This document shows positions 39,753 to 53,400 of a DNA stretch of 64,000 nt, piece by piece. Both the position numbers and the translations under genes were made by a program. Under the pieces are notes generated by a model, which made no database searches, was not told the DNA's origin, and saw only the letters and a list, made by a program, of their open reading frames with translations. Position 1 is the first letter of the stretch. Every line of letters begins with the position of its first letter. The DNA lies in NCBI RefSeq assembly GCF_040938485.1, contig NW_027272057.1, forward strand, positions 1 through 64,000. Direction: 5' to 3'. Source of the DNA: Diadema antillarum. Its lineage: Eukaryota.

Positions 39753-40750
39753 CTTGCATTGCTGTTTATGGACCAGCAGAAAATATTACCTCCAGTCAAG
39801 GCTTTTGTCACACTTTAGTAGATAATTAATTTGTCGTTGTTGTTGAAGTTCAGGGTATTTCTTTAAAACGCAAGATTAATTCAAGTTACATTCGCAATCT
39901 TAAATTTTGTTCTGCATGTGTGGCTGTCGTTGAATACAAAGTCTTAAATATCAGTTTTGCAATATTTCAATCCAAATATAAACAAACTTTCTTTGATAGA
40001 GACACAGCTCAAGACAATGTGTATATATTGTTAAATTGTCTTTGAATTATATTGTAATTAATATCAATTATCTGTCCTCACGGCAAATTCATGTTCAAGT
40101 TAACAAACGCACATGTATCAATATAGCGCCTTTAATACATGGCAACAGAGCACGAAACTGCGCATTATGGTCCAAAGACAGAAATAACCGTTGCCTTTGA
40201 AACAAATACTCCAGGGCCGTTATTACAGTGTTTAGTCGACATTGACAAATTAGTTGGGTGTATATGATAGTTCTTTACCGTACTCCAGCCCAGCAAACAC
40301 ACGTGCTACATGAATTAATGTCGGCCTATATACAACGAAGAAGAAAAAGCGCCAAAGGAGGAGATGGATAAAAACAGAAACAAAGAAGGACTTTTCGGCT
40401 AATAATGATTTAAGATAGAAACCTATAGCTATGGTAGAGTTGCAAGCTAAAACTCCATACAGACTGCATACAGACGGGGACTACTTACCAAAGAACCGAC
40501 TCAAGAAACAGCCAGGAACAGTTCAAAGGGTTTAGTGAGCAGTACTGATATAGCGCAACTTAATATATAGGTTCAAACATAGGGATACTGGTAGTTCGAA
40601 CTTACTTTGATTCATTATTACATTATTTCATTTTTTTTTTTAATAGTCACACAGACGGGAAAATGTCCATACAGAGGGTTCGCCTGTGACTTCATTGATT
40701 TGTACTTTTTACTTCGGTCTACATATTTTTCAAAAGGTAAGTCTATAAAA

Positions 40751-41000
40751 ATGATTTCAGACAGAAGAAAATAAACATTGCATAAAGTTCATATTGCTGT
40801 TGACATGAAAGTTACACTATTGAAACATTCTCTCTATCTCTCTCTCATAAATGATTTAGAACTCAGCTGTGCTATACAGAATGGTTTCAGACAGGAAAAG
40901 ATAAACATTGCATATAGTTCATATTGCTATTGACATGAAAGTTATACTATTGAAGCATTCTCTCTCTCTCAGAAATTATATAGAATTCAACTGTGTTATT
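40751..41000. repeat. Tandem duplication, 2 x ~130 bp
   Basis: atg(a/g)tttcagacag..ataaacattgcata(a/t)agttcatattgct..tgacatgaaagtta starts at 40751 and again at 40881. Confidence 0.85.
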
Positions 41001-42057
41001 GTTCTTCAGGATATTAATGCTCAGTAAAAGTAACTTTAAACATTTACCGACTCCTATTGCATCGATTTGAATAATAATGTCTCAAAACACATCATTTGCT
41101 TTCTGCGGGTTGCGAAACATTGATTTGCACTCTTGCTTTGCTTACACTGCTGGGCAGGTCAGTTAACATTACACGTTTTCAAACAGCAGGTGTATTTCTA
41201 TAAAGTATGTGTTCGCTTGACAGAAAGTCAATACAGGCACCCCTACTCTTCCATACTTTTTCCTTCTCAATAATGTATTATCAAATGATGAATTGAAGTA
41301 CCTGGTTTTTACACCACTCCTGCTACCTCACCTATAGCATGGTTTATAAGACTAGTCTATTGCGGTCAGACAGTATCAGAAAAGGTTAGTCGTTTTTATT
41401 TGATCTTTGTTATTAGCCATTGATTGTTATTTCACTTCTCATTCGTTATAGTTGTTTATTCTGTTATAATCGTTCCTTTTCTCGAGCGCATAACGACATA
41501 CAAAGTTATGTGTTATGAGCTACCTATGTAAGCGTTTTTAATACTGTTATCGTCATCATGACGTCCGTGAAGATCCGCACCCTTCCACGGGGGAAAAAAA
41601 TCATTACTTAGCAAATGATTCATTGATACAGAGGACACTTAGGGCTTTTTTTTTTAGTCGACGTTTTCTTTTCACAAAATTTCAGTAGTTCAGGAGCTTC
41701 TTTACAGAGGTTAAGATTTTAAATCCTTGATATAAACAAAGAATCGACACTTTTGGTAAATATGCGTTTGCCATAAAGCACAACAAATCGGTCTCATTGC
41801 CAGAATCTATCCTATTTGATAATAAGAAGTAATTTTCTTTTCCCAAGTAAGAGATTCATTCATTCTTTGTTCTCGCACACAAGAAAATATCGGACATAGC
41901 ATGCACAAAAAACAACCAACATTGAATACAATCAATTATAGTATGTGTCTCGGTATACGCCTTTGTGATTGATAGCGAGAGAGAGGGAGGAGAGAGAGAG
42001 AGAGAGAAACCGATCGGTGTAATGCAATAAATACAGTAAAGACTATTGTCTATCAAC

Positions 42058-42443
42058 AGGTAATGTTCGTAATTCTGAAAGTTCGTTAATCCAAAAATGA
42101 CATAACGTTTGTTATTCCGAAGGTTCGTCATTCCGAACCATGCAAATTCGCTATACACCTATACGTTTGTTAATCCTAAAATGAAATAGGGTTCGTTGAT
42201 CCGAAAATTTGAGGTGTTGTTCCGAGCGTCTCCGAAGGTTCTTAATCCCAGAAATGAGAGAGAGAGAAAAAAAAAAAATCTAACGAACGTTCGGAATTAC
42301 GAACATAATTTCGTTTTCGGGCTAACTAATCTTTAGAATAACGAACCTTTCTTCTTTTTTTTGTTTTATTTTCGGATTAACGAACCTTCGGAATAACGAA
42401 CTTTTTTCATTGTCGGATTAACGAATCTTCGGAATAACGAACT
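42058..42443. mobile_element. Palindromic non-autonomous DNA element built of gttcgttattccgaa / ttcggaataacgaac motifs
   Basis: The motif faces forward in the left half and reverse in the right half; same family as 49177-49792. Ends are approximate. Confidence 0.6.
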
Positions 42444-42837
42444 GTCAACAAACCAGGTGCTAGTATACAAGACCTAACAAGGCATGCAATCTCACACTCT
42501 TTACTGTGTGGTGTTGAGACTAGCATTCAGCCTTTATACAACGTTATCATGTCTTCATTGCTTATTATCAAAGTGATGAAGCTAAGTAATGACCACAATC
42601 AAATCCGGCACCAAAAGGCACTTACATAACTGGGTCAGGATGGCCTTCGAAAACAGTCCCGAGGTGCACAAAGTGGATGCGTCGTAAACATCGAACTTTG
42701 GTCTCATCAGTGATCCCTGCTCTATAAAAAAGCGATATCAATAAAAGAGGATATCTACTGCTATGATAATTGCTATTTAGCGAAAATAATGACGCTCATA
42801 ATATTATCACGGAAGAACTACAGAGCAAGAGTAATCA

Positions 42838-43410
42838 GGGTGCACGTTACAAACTCAACACAAACGAGTCATACAGCCCACGAGTTATACAGCCCACGAG
42901 TCACACAGCCCACGAGTAATACTGCCCACTAGTCATACAGTCCTAGAGTTATGCAGCTCACGAGGTCATACAGCCCACGAGCTATAGTCACTAAATGAAC
43001 AAGATCCACGAGCTCGATATAAATTGAAGTATAGGCCCACGAGCTATACGGTCCACGAGCTAAACACTAGGCAAATAAGGCGCATGCATGGGCTCGACAC
43101 TAGGCAAACAAAGCCCACGAGCTCGACCCTATAGACCAAAAAAACAAAAAACAAAACAAAAACAAAAAAGATCCACGAGCTCGACATCACATCATGTCGC
43201 TTAATGTACGCAGTGTTGAGCTCTTGGACCTTTCACTTATTATCGACCTCAAGGGCCATATTTGCCTAGAATGCCTCGCTCAGTACATTATGGTCATGTA
43301 TCTTATGATTTGTAGCTAGTGGGCTAGTACTTAACTTGTTGTATAGCTAATGGGCAGTATGACAAGTGGGCTGTATGATTAGTGGGCTGTATGACTCGTG
43401 GGCTAACCCC
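42838..43410. mobile_element. cagcccacgag foldback element (third copy)
   Basis: gggtgcacg ... ctcgtgggctaacccc with many cagcccacgag sub-repeats; gagtaat repeated in both flanks; ~480 bp upstream of the copy-3 ATG. Confidence 0.75.
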
Positions 43411-43888
43411 GAGTAATGTTAGAGTATAGTATCAAATTGTAGATTTCTTTTTCATTATCTATCGATAATGACAATTAAGCAAAAGTATATGAGTCCAAAA
43501 TGGGCATTCATAATATTGTTCCTCCAATACAGTATCTGATGATGTTCATTATACAATGACATCCCTGACATTTTGTATGGTTACAGTTTGCATTTACACC
43601 CGTCGATCTCTGATTCCGTCAGAAATTAGGGTAAAATATTATCTATAATTCGCATTGTCATTATGTACAGTATCATATCTCACCGATGTATACGATGTCG
43701 TATTTTTTATATGTTTGGTCAAAAACGGTAGGAACAGAAAAATACCCTGTATGACGTTCCTAATAACCCTAATCCAATATTTACCACGTCATAAAGTATG
43801 GGCTCATGATCTCCAGGAAAATAATGATAGCGCGCATTATTATATCGTAGCACAACTCACTGGCAAAAACTAGACACAGATAGTGAAA

Positions 43889-46800
43889 ATGGCTCTACGT
43901 GGAACGAAGAAAAGCCAGAAGTCAGATAGTGAATCGTATCTGAATACTAAAGATGATGACCCTATCCGTTTGTCTCGTCAAGTCACTTTACTTGACAGCA
44001 TATCTCTTATAGTCGGGGGAGTGATAGGATCGGGAATCTTCATTTCTCCTACCAGCGTCCTGGCCAACTCAGGAGGAATAGGATGGGCTCTACTCATCTG
44101 GGTGTTCTGTGGGATTTTGTCCATACTAGGGGCTCTAACTTACGCCGAGCTTGGGACGACATTTTCCGTTTCCGGGGGAGATTTCTCCTATCTTCTAGAA
44201 GCTTGTGGTCCAATCCCTGCTTTTCTGCGTTTGTGGAGCAGCATTGTGGCTTTGAGAACTGCTCCAGTAGTGGTTCTAAGTCTGACATTCGCCTCCAATC
44301 TCCTTCTTCCTCTCTATGTTGACTGCTCTAATCCTGAAGTCACTACCAGACTTACTGCAGCCCTCATGATGGGTAGGTACACATGGTTCAGTTAAGTTCA
44401 GTTCAGTTCAGTTCGAGTTTATTTCTGCATATTTTCAAGGAAATCATAATGAAATGACAACACGTGTATGTCACAACAGAATAGGAAAAAACAATATTAC
44501 ATTCATAGTATGATAATCACCATGACGACAATGAGATCAAAAGAATTGACGATACACTTGTTTCCAAGTAAAGAGGAAGAAGAATGCAGGAGCCTGCCGT
44601 CGTGCACATGCTTGATAGTGATGACAGTGATGGTCTAGGTGGGAATACGTATTACCATTATTACTGCTAATTACGTTCAGTTTAAATTACTTCAGATACA
44701 TTAAAGGATGACACGCAGTCACACTTGCTGACTTTTCTCCTGAAATTTCAAGGACATGATCTTTCTCATTAATTTCATCTCTTTTGTGAACCGCATAAAG
44801 TATTTATTTGGTGTTAAATACTTACAGGAGTGATATTCATCTTGAATAGTACCAGTGTGCCCGGAAGCCGCTTTGTGAATGCATTCATGACTGTAGCAAA
44901 GCTTGCGGCCTTGTTGGTGATCATCATAGCTGGGATCGTTCAACTTGCCCAAGGTAATGTTTCAGAAGGCTAGGAAGTTACTTTCGTAACAGTGTTAATG
45001 ATGAGCATGATGAGGAAGTTATCACGTGTCATGTGAACGTGTCATGTCTCTATTCTTCTGAGCAATTTAACAAGACATCATTCTCAAGTTTACTAATCAT
45101 ATTCAACAACTATAGTTAACTTACATCTCATAACTACTTGTGCTTCACTTGTGTTGCACCATTTTGGCTTATAATATGAGCTCTTTACAAACCATAAGAG
45201 CTGTATAAGATCAATAAAATATTATAACTACTAAATGCAACATCATAACTACTTGTACGGCACTTGTACAGTACTTGTTTTCCTATCTATACAATTATAC
45301 TATAAATGAGAGCCCTGTCTTTATTACAGTTGGGCTTAAAGGGATTGTATAGTTTTGGTTGAGTCCTAACTCCAGGTTTCTAACATTTTTTCGTGAGATA
45401 ATGAGAAACCTCTTATGAAATGTAATAGAGCATGGAATTCCAAGAGGAATTCAACGTTTATTCGATAAAAATTGGTTTTGATATAGTAGAGATATCCAAA
45501 ACAATGCAATCCCAATAAAAGATGGGACCAATCTTTTATTGGGATCATCTCTTTAACTTTGTTTTTAGACATCTCAGCCATTTCACAAGGGATTTTCATA
45601 AAAGAAACTATGAATATCTCTAAAATGGTATGCTCTGTATCATTTCAGAAGTGGTTTCTTGGCATTTCACAAAAAGCTAGAATTCTCATTTCCACAAATA
45701 GTACTATACCATCCCTTTAAGTCAGCTTGTAATCTTGTTTTCTATTTTTCATCTATTTCTTTCTAGGTAATGTTGCAAATTTTACCGGTGCCTTTGATAC
45801 GTCAGATTTCAGCTTTCGGACGTTTCCCTTGGCGGTATATTCTGGTCTGTTTGCTTATTCTGGCTGGTAGGTATTCTGAAAATATTCACCTTGGTTACAT
45901 TGCTTGAAAGAAAAACGAACAAATAATTCTACAGAAGGTTATATGCCTTCCAATCACAATATCAAAATAGATATGTATATGAATAATACACCTGTATATT
46001 TTGTAGTATCCTAGATGACCATCTCCTCCCTCCCCCCCCCCCCCCCCCTCCCGTAGATGAGAAGATTCTCCGAACAGTAGGCCCTACTCTGGAAGTCGAG
46101 GGTTTCCTTTGTGTTTTCCCCTTTATGTTCTGTCTCTTCTGATATTAAAAAAAAAAAATCACAATTTTGAGGGTTGCATCCCCATACTCTGCAGCGCCTA
46201 TCCCCTACCTCCGTTTTTTATTTGTTCCGTGGCCCCTTGAGGAAGTACTAGGTGTTTCAAAAAACATTTTCCACTTTTGATCCTTAATAGTTCAAAAACT
46301 ATTTATCCGATAAAAATGTCATTGATATGAGTAATAGCTGGGTAGTGTACAATTTGGTTGGAGGTAATTTGCACGTGAAAGCATAAATCAATTTCATCAA
46401 ATCTAAGATTGATTTTGAAGTAAGATTTCAGATTTTGATCAAATTTTAACCCTCTGTACAAAAACTGAACTTCGCACAGGAACCAATGATGTGCATGTGA
46501 GTGTGTGCTGACAATGGCCCTGAACAATGGACATGCCTGAACCACCTGTTGACTAGGCGTCAGTCTCGCGCTCCCTGGCACATGAATGCTTAATCAATAA
46601 TTCATGTGGATTGCCCTGGGCACTGCTAGTCTGAATTCATGCACGGTAGAAAGTGCTTGCAGACACCACATTTCATTCCAGCTGGCAATCATTTTCAAAT
46701 TTTGCTTCACATATCACTAAATTTGGGATGTAAATAAGCATAAATGATCTAAAGTTCCTCATTTTAATACAACTGTCTACTAATTAAATTGTCTGACAAA

Positions 46801-47447
46801 ATTTTTCGCTTTTTCGATAAAAAGCGATCATCTTTGGTAAAGAGTTCAGCAGCATTTACCATAAGGGCGATTTGTTTCACAGTAGATTTATTTAAGGCTC
46901 CATATACACAAAATATTATATACTGTAATTTCTTTTCTTTGCTTCCTGTCACGACGTTTACGATAGAACAGAAGGTATTCATTGTAATTCTGTTTTTCAG
47001 AAGTAGGGAGAGCACTGTCGCGACTCAACGACAGTATCGACAGACGTTTGACTTTACACAGATACTGCCAGAGGCTGTATAAAGACTAGCTGTGATAGTG
47101 GAATTTCTCATGAATAAATAATGAAGCATTCAAACTCTGGCCATTGTTCAGGATCATTGTCAGGGTGTTAACCACACACTCCCATACACACCCATTGACC
47201 CCTGTGCAAAGTGAAATTTTGTACAGAGGATTGATAATAGAGCAAAGTCTGGAACCTATTAACTGTGAAATTAATCATGGATTTCATGAAACTTATTTAT
47301 GTTTTCATATTTAAACCACCTTCAACCAAATTGTACACTATCTAGCTATCACTCATATCAATCACAGTGTTATCTGATACATAATTTTTGAATTATTAAG
47401 AATCAAAAATGGGAAATGTTTTTTGAAACACCTAGTATAAGCCTATA

Positions 47448-47483
<36 letters not shown>

Positions 47484-50400
47484 ACACTGTGTCGTCTCTG
47501 TAGTGCTGACGCCTTTCTAGATTCGTTTTAAGTCAGATTGCATGAAAATAATGATGGATGTATACACTGTCAGCTGCGTTTAAACAACACGTATTTCATG
47601 ACAGGTAGCCAGCCTGGTATGCAGCCTGACTGGTATAACTTAATATGTAGAGATGAATAAACCTCTGCTTGTTTTGATTCGCACCCTCGTCTTTAGGCAA
47701 TACCTGCCCCAGGTGACAGAAGAAATCATCAATCCATCCAGGTATTTGTATACTTAACTCGATATCCGTATTAAATTAAATCACCGCAAATTATTCCTTT
47801 TGCTGTTTTATTTTTGAAACCTTCTTGTGTGATTTGTTACTGACATTTGAATGATTTTCGTTGCGTAGACCTTTTCATTTCTAACGATGGTGGCTTATCG
47901 ATCGTCCTGTATGCAGAGAGCGTAACCCATAGAGTGTTCTCCAGGTTGCAATGGTTATTACTCACCAAGCACACACACAAACACACACACACACACACAC
48001 ACACGTACACACACACGTACATACACTCACACGCACACACACATTGTTTGATGCTTTATTAAAAGTTACCAGTAGAAATCCTTGAGACTGTATGTGCGGT
48101 GAGCAATAATGTTTTTTAGCGTATAATCGTATTTTCACTTTGTTTCGTGCTCACTAACTCAGTGCGACATTTCATTGAATTACCCTGGATTTTGCATCTG
48201 CACCTACAATCCGCTCTTTCCATTCTGTGTAAAATTAACCATCTGTTTTCTTTTCTTTCTATTTATCTAGTTATATCTCTTTCTCTTTCCTCTTTGTTAT
48301 TCTTTTTTTTTTATTACAGGACAATTCCATTAGCCGTCATCATTTCCATGACAATAGTAACGGTTGTGTACTTGTTGACTAACGTCGCGTATTTCACCGT
48401 GTTGTCTGCCGACCAGGTTCTCTCCTCGAGCTCAGTAGCTTTGGTATGATACCTCCCAAAAGATCTGTCATTTATGATACAATATTCTTCAAAAGAACTG
48501 TATACTGTTTGCGTTCGGTGCCAGTTTTTGTTCTTAAAAATAATCAAAGATTATACGAGGGAAAAGCGGAATCACCTTCTCAAAAAAAAAAAAAAACACC
48601 AGGTGATTCAGATAGACTAATACGTTATGTTTATAGCCGTTTTACGTTATATCAGGTTGAATATTTCGTAATAAAGCCGCAGTGACAATAAAAAGGGACT
48701 TTGAAATTTATTTTTTGTATATCAGGACTTCGGTCGCATTGTTCTGGGGGATTGGTACTGGATTTTGGGCATTGGCGTGGCTCTATCATGTCTCGGATCA
48801 AGCAATGGCACTGTATTCTCCTTCTCAAGGTAATGCAGTCTGCGAACAAAGAATGATCTCAAAGTGCGTTAATAAAAAAAAGTGATTGTTTGTATGCTTG
48901 TTAAGTAGGCCCACTTTATAGACTCACGCTAACTTACCATTCATCTCATTTCGTTAGACTAAGGGACAAGGCAAAAGTCGCAGTCAACTCTAGGCGTACT
49001 GCATGTTCGGGTTGTGAAATGATGAATATTGAAATACCATTTAATTGATTTGATTCACTTGTTGATTAATGAGTCACTTTTTCGATGAATCACTGAATGT
49101 TTTAAGCGACATGGTTTCAGCCAGAATAATCGTTGTTCCACTTAGAATTGAAATGTATTGCTATGTAGGGTTAATGGGTGATGTTCGCTATTCAGAAGGT
49201 CGTTAATCCGAAAATGAAACAAGCTTCGTAATTCTGATGGTTCATTAATCCGGAACACCTTATTCCCTATACCTAAATGTTCGTTAACACTTGTGACGTT
49301 ATTCCGAAGGTTTGTTGGTGCAAAAATGAACTAAGGTTCATCCACGTACTGAAGGTTTGTTATTCCAATATTGAAACATTTAATGACCTTTACTCTGAAA
49401 ATGAAATGAGTTTCGCCAGTCCCAAGCAATCCACTGGGAAGTTGGAAGCCGGTTGGAAGGGACACGGGGGGGGGGGGGGGGGGGTGGATGGGGGAATAAC
49501 GATTATGTCGAGTGTGGAAAGAACTTACACTAGTATCTAATTTTCAGATCAACGAACCTTATGGAAGTAATGAACCTTTCTTTCACTTAATTGCGCTAAT
49601 GAACCTTCGGAATAACACGAACCCTATTTCATATGCGGAATTATAAACCCCCGGATTAATGAATTTTCGGAATAACGACCTTAGAAATAATGAACCTTAT
49701 TTAATTTTCGGATAAACAGCCATTCGGAACAGCGAACCTTATTTCATTTTCGGAATTACGAACCGTTGGGGTGACGAAATTGCGGAATAACGCACTTTAT
49801 ATCATGACTGGTCGATAAACAAGTTTCTGATATCTTGCTATTGGGTGCTATAATCATTATACTATAATTTCGTTAATTCATCTGTCATTTAAAATGAAAA
49901 GTTATATATTTATGTGAATATGTGAATCTAGACGTACATACATGAGGACTATAGCTTTTGATTTTATGTGAATCTATTTTTGGACTGATTTTTTATAGAG
50001 TCCTATTGGTTGCATCTCGGGAAGGAATGATGCCTTCTATTGCCTCTATGATACATGTGGACAGGAAGACACCTTTACCTGCTGCTGCTGTCATGGTGAG
50101 GAAAACAATTTACTCACTTTGGAAAATCATACGAGGTGTTTGTGTGTGTTTGTGTATGTGTGTGTTTGTGCGTGTGTGCTTGTGTTTGCGATTGACATCA
50201 CGTTATTCACGTGTATTTACTGAAAGCATCACAATCATTTCGTTCTCTGTGCATCTGTATTATAGGCACCTGTTTGTCTGGTAATGCTGATCGGTGGCAA
50301 TGTCAACGCCTTGATTAATTATCTGAGTGTGACTCGCTGGCTAGTTATCGGCGCAACCTGTGCCATCGTCCCATATTACAGATGGAAGTATCCAGATCTA

Positions 50401-53400
50401 GAACGACCATTTAAGGTAAGAACCATTATTTCCGAGAGTCAAAACATGTTTTTTAATAGTCTACATATTTACCTAATAACGTGATATGGTCTTGAGTTGT
50501 ACATCAGTTTGTCTTGAGCAAATGGTAGGCCTACTAAGAAGTATGGACAAACACTTAGGATCTATAATCACAATATGTCAGCTACTAGAAGTATTATTGG
50601 AAAGACGGTATGGACAGACTATGCGGGTCCTTGAAAGTGGTATGTGCAGAGTGGCTTTACCCTATATGTGAAAATTATCGTCTTCATCCTACACATTGGA
50701 CTGCACCCTATCAGACCTATAATTCCGTATTTAGCCTGGTATAATCGACTTATTTTTCAACAGCTTCCGCTTTTGTGTTTAGCTCAACACAACAAAATGC
50801 TCGACGTACGATCAGCAACTATGATATGGGCCCTAAATATGCTCCGTCTTATATTGTCATACGGTGTCCTTGGGCATAAATATGTTCATGTGCTAATCCT
50901 ACACACGGCCGGTTTGAAGCGCTCGGGTCAATTTCACCTTTCTCCTGTTTGACCAGAAAGGGACTATGAATATTAGGGCCCCGTGGCAATGTCCATAAAA
51001 CGACCAAGAAGACAACTACTAAGGCTATTAAAACGGCGACCTATTAGTTGCATTGTGCACGTGTGCATGAATAGGCCTAGATGTCAAACGACATTTCTTT
51101 TTACAGATGATGCAGCTATGTACGGGTAATTATTTTGAAAGCCTTTTTGTATTCTCCATGTAATGGCCTTAAAAAGAAAGAAACCGCAAAATTACTTATT
51201 TGGTCAAGCGACTGTCCATGGGAGTGTCCAAAGGCCGATTAGAGTCTCTTAATTGTTCCAATCGACTGTGAACACATCGGCTTTTTTTTCATATTTGTCA
51301 GCTCTAGATTCAATTTCTCAACTTCTATCTCATTTCGGGGGATCTCTGTAAGATTAAGGGTTATACATAATAGTCCGAGGCTCTAACAGAATGTCGAAAA
51401 GGTGTGATAGTCCAAGGGTGCTAGACCGATCAAGGCAGGGGCCGCCGAACCATTGGGTTTAGGGGAGGGGCTGCAGCCCCCAGAGTTTTTGAGTCTGAAA
51501 AAAAGAGAAGAAAAAGAAAATCGGACCAAAAAAATAACATCGGACGTTTGAGTATAGCAGGTCTACAGTGTCCCTGCATCGATAATGAATACACACACCA
51601 ACAACGTGAGCACCTCCCGGCACATACACCCACATAACGCGCACTCTCAGACAGCACTGATACACAATGAAACCGTGAGATATTTTTGTTTTTCTTCTGT
51701 CTTGTGTGTGTGTCACTGTGATCTGCTGAAATTTGCTATAAAAAGCCTGTTCCTTTTTTCGAAGGTGTGGAAGGACAGCAACTTTTTTTAAACGAAAATG
51801 AATGGTAAGGTAGAAGTCAAAAAGCTTTGAATTAATATCTACTTGTTAAATTCTTTAAAAAGCAAGTCACAATGAAATTATAGAGAGTGTGTGTATCACC
51901 ATATCATCATTTTGTTTTGTTTTGTCCGCAGGTGCCTCTGGTGATCCCTGTTGTATTCTTCCTGTGCTGTATGTTCATCGTTGCCATGTCTCTCTACAGC
52001 AGTCCAGTGGATTGTGGGATAGGTCTGGGAATCTTCTTTGGTGGAATACCTGTCTATTACATCTTTGTCTGGTGGGAGAATAAACCAATCTGGTTCAACC
52101 AAGGCATGGGTAAGTATCAATCAATGATTGTAGTTGAATCTTATGTTAGCTCTTACAACAAAACTTAAAATAAAAAGAAACAAAACAAACTGCATGGAAT
52201 TTACACCACTTATAGTCTTACTACAGCTACTCAACCAAAGCATCTTCACTTCGACATACACTTTGGTCTTGATGAAAGGGAGTACGTATCTCTCCACATC
52301 GTATGGTAAAGATTTGCTTTTCTTGATCGATCGATGCAAACATCCTCACCCAGTCTTCCTTATAGGAGAACCCTGCTCTAATATCCGCTCATTTCTTTAG
52401 TGTTGGCAGAAATAGACTAGACATAGTCAAATAGCGTATTTTGCGTGTGAACTTAAACTAAAAACACATCAATGAAAACGAACATCTTTTTGTAAACCTC
52501 ATTTGCAGGCAAAGTAATATACATATTTTTTGCCTTATACTGATGAACTTAGTGTCATCATGCTTTAAAGACGTATTAAAATACTTTAAATGACAACATA
52601 GCCTGAATAATCTTGAAATGTAAAGCTTTTTATGATTATGTTACATAACATCCAATAAACAATCTCCAACATTTTTCGATATTTTTCACATCTTTTATTT
52701 TAAAGTGTTCTTAGCCATGAACTCAGTCTGTCGGTTGCTTTCATGGGCATACTTCCTTTACTATAAGTAAAGTAGTACATGAAATTCAATTGTTCTCAAA
52801 ATATCTTTTCCATATAACCAATTCATTGTAAATCGACAACGACAAAGCAGAAAACATGAAAACGTGAGTCATAAACTGTCCCCACCAATATCTTCTTAAA
52901 ATGTTAATTTTTATTCTCACCCATCAATTTCTGCAATTATATCAAATCAACAACACTAGCAGAAACAAAGAGAATGCATGCCATTGCACAAACACCCATG
53001 ATCACATCGCAGTGATGATTTCTATGACACTTTTACACAGTATTTTGGGACGTACTTGATCTTGAACTTCACTCAAACCATTTCATCTCTGTTCTACCCT
53101 CCACCTTTCCTACACCCATACATCACTAGATAAGTTATACGACAAGGGAAGTAATCACATGCAGATCATTTTTTTATATTAATCTTACTGAATGTGTTTG
53201 CAAGACAGTAAGCTATGGTAGTCAGGGTATTTGCCATTCGTGAGATCATAGGTATTCTCATATCAAGAGATTATCCACATTCAAGTAGACACATTTTCTC
53301 AATCGACAGTTATCTATTTTCAAAACAAAGGTGTACGGGTTGATCATCGACACTTGAATATCATTTGACGGATTGTTGTATAAGGAACACGAAAAGTGAC

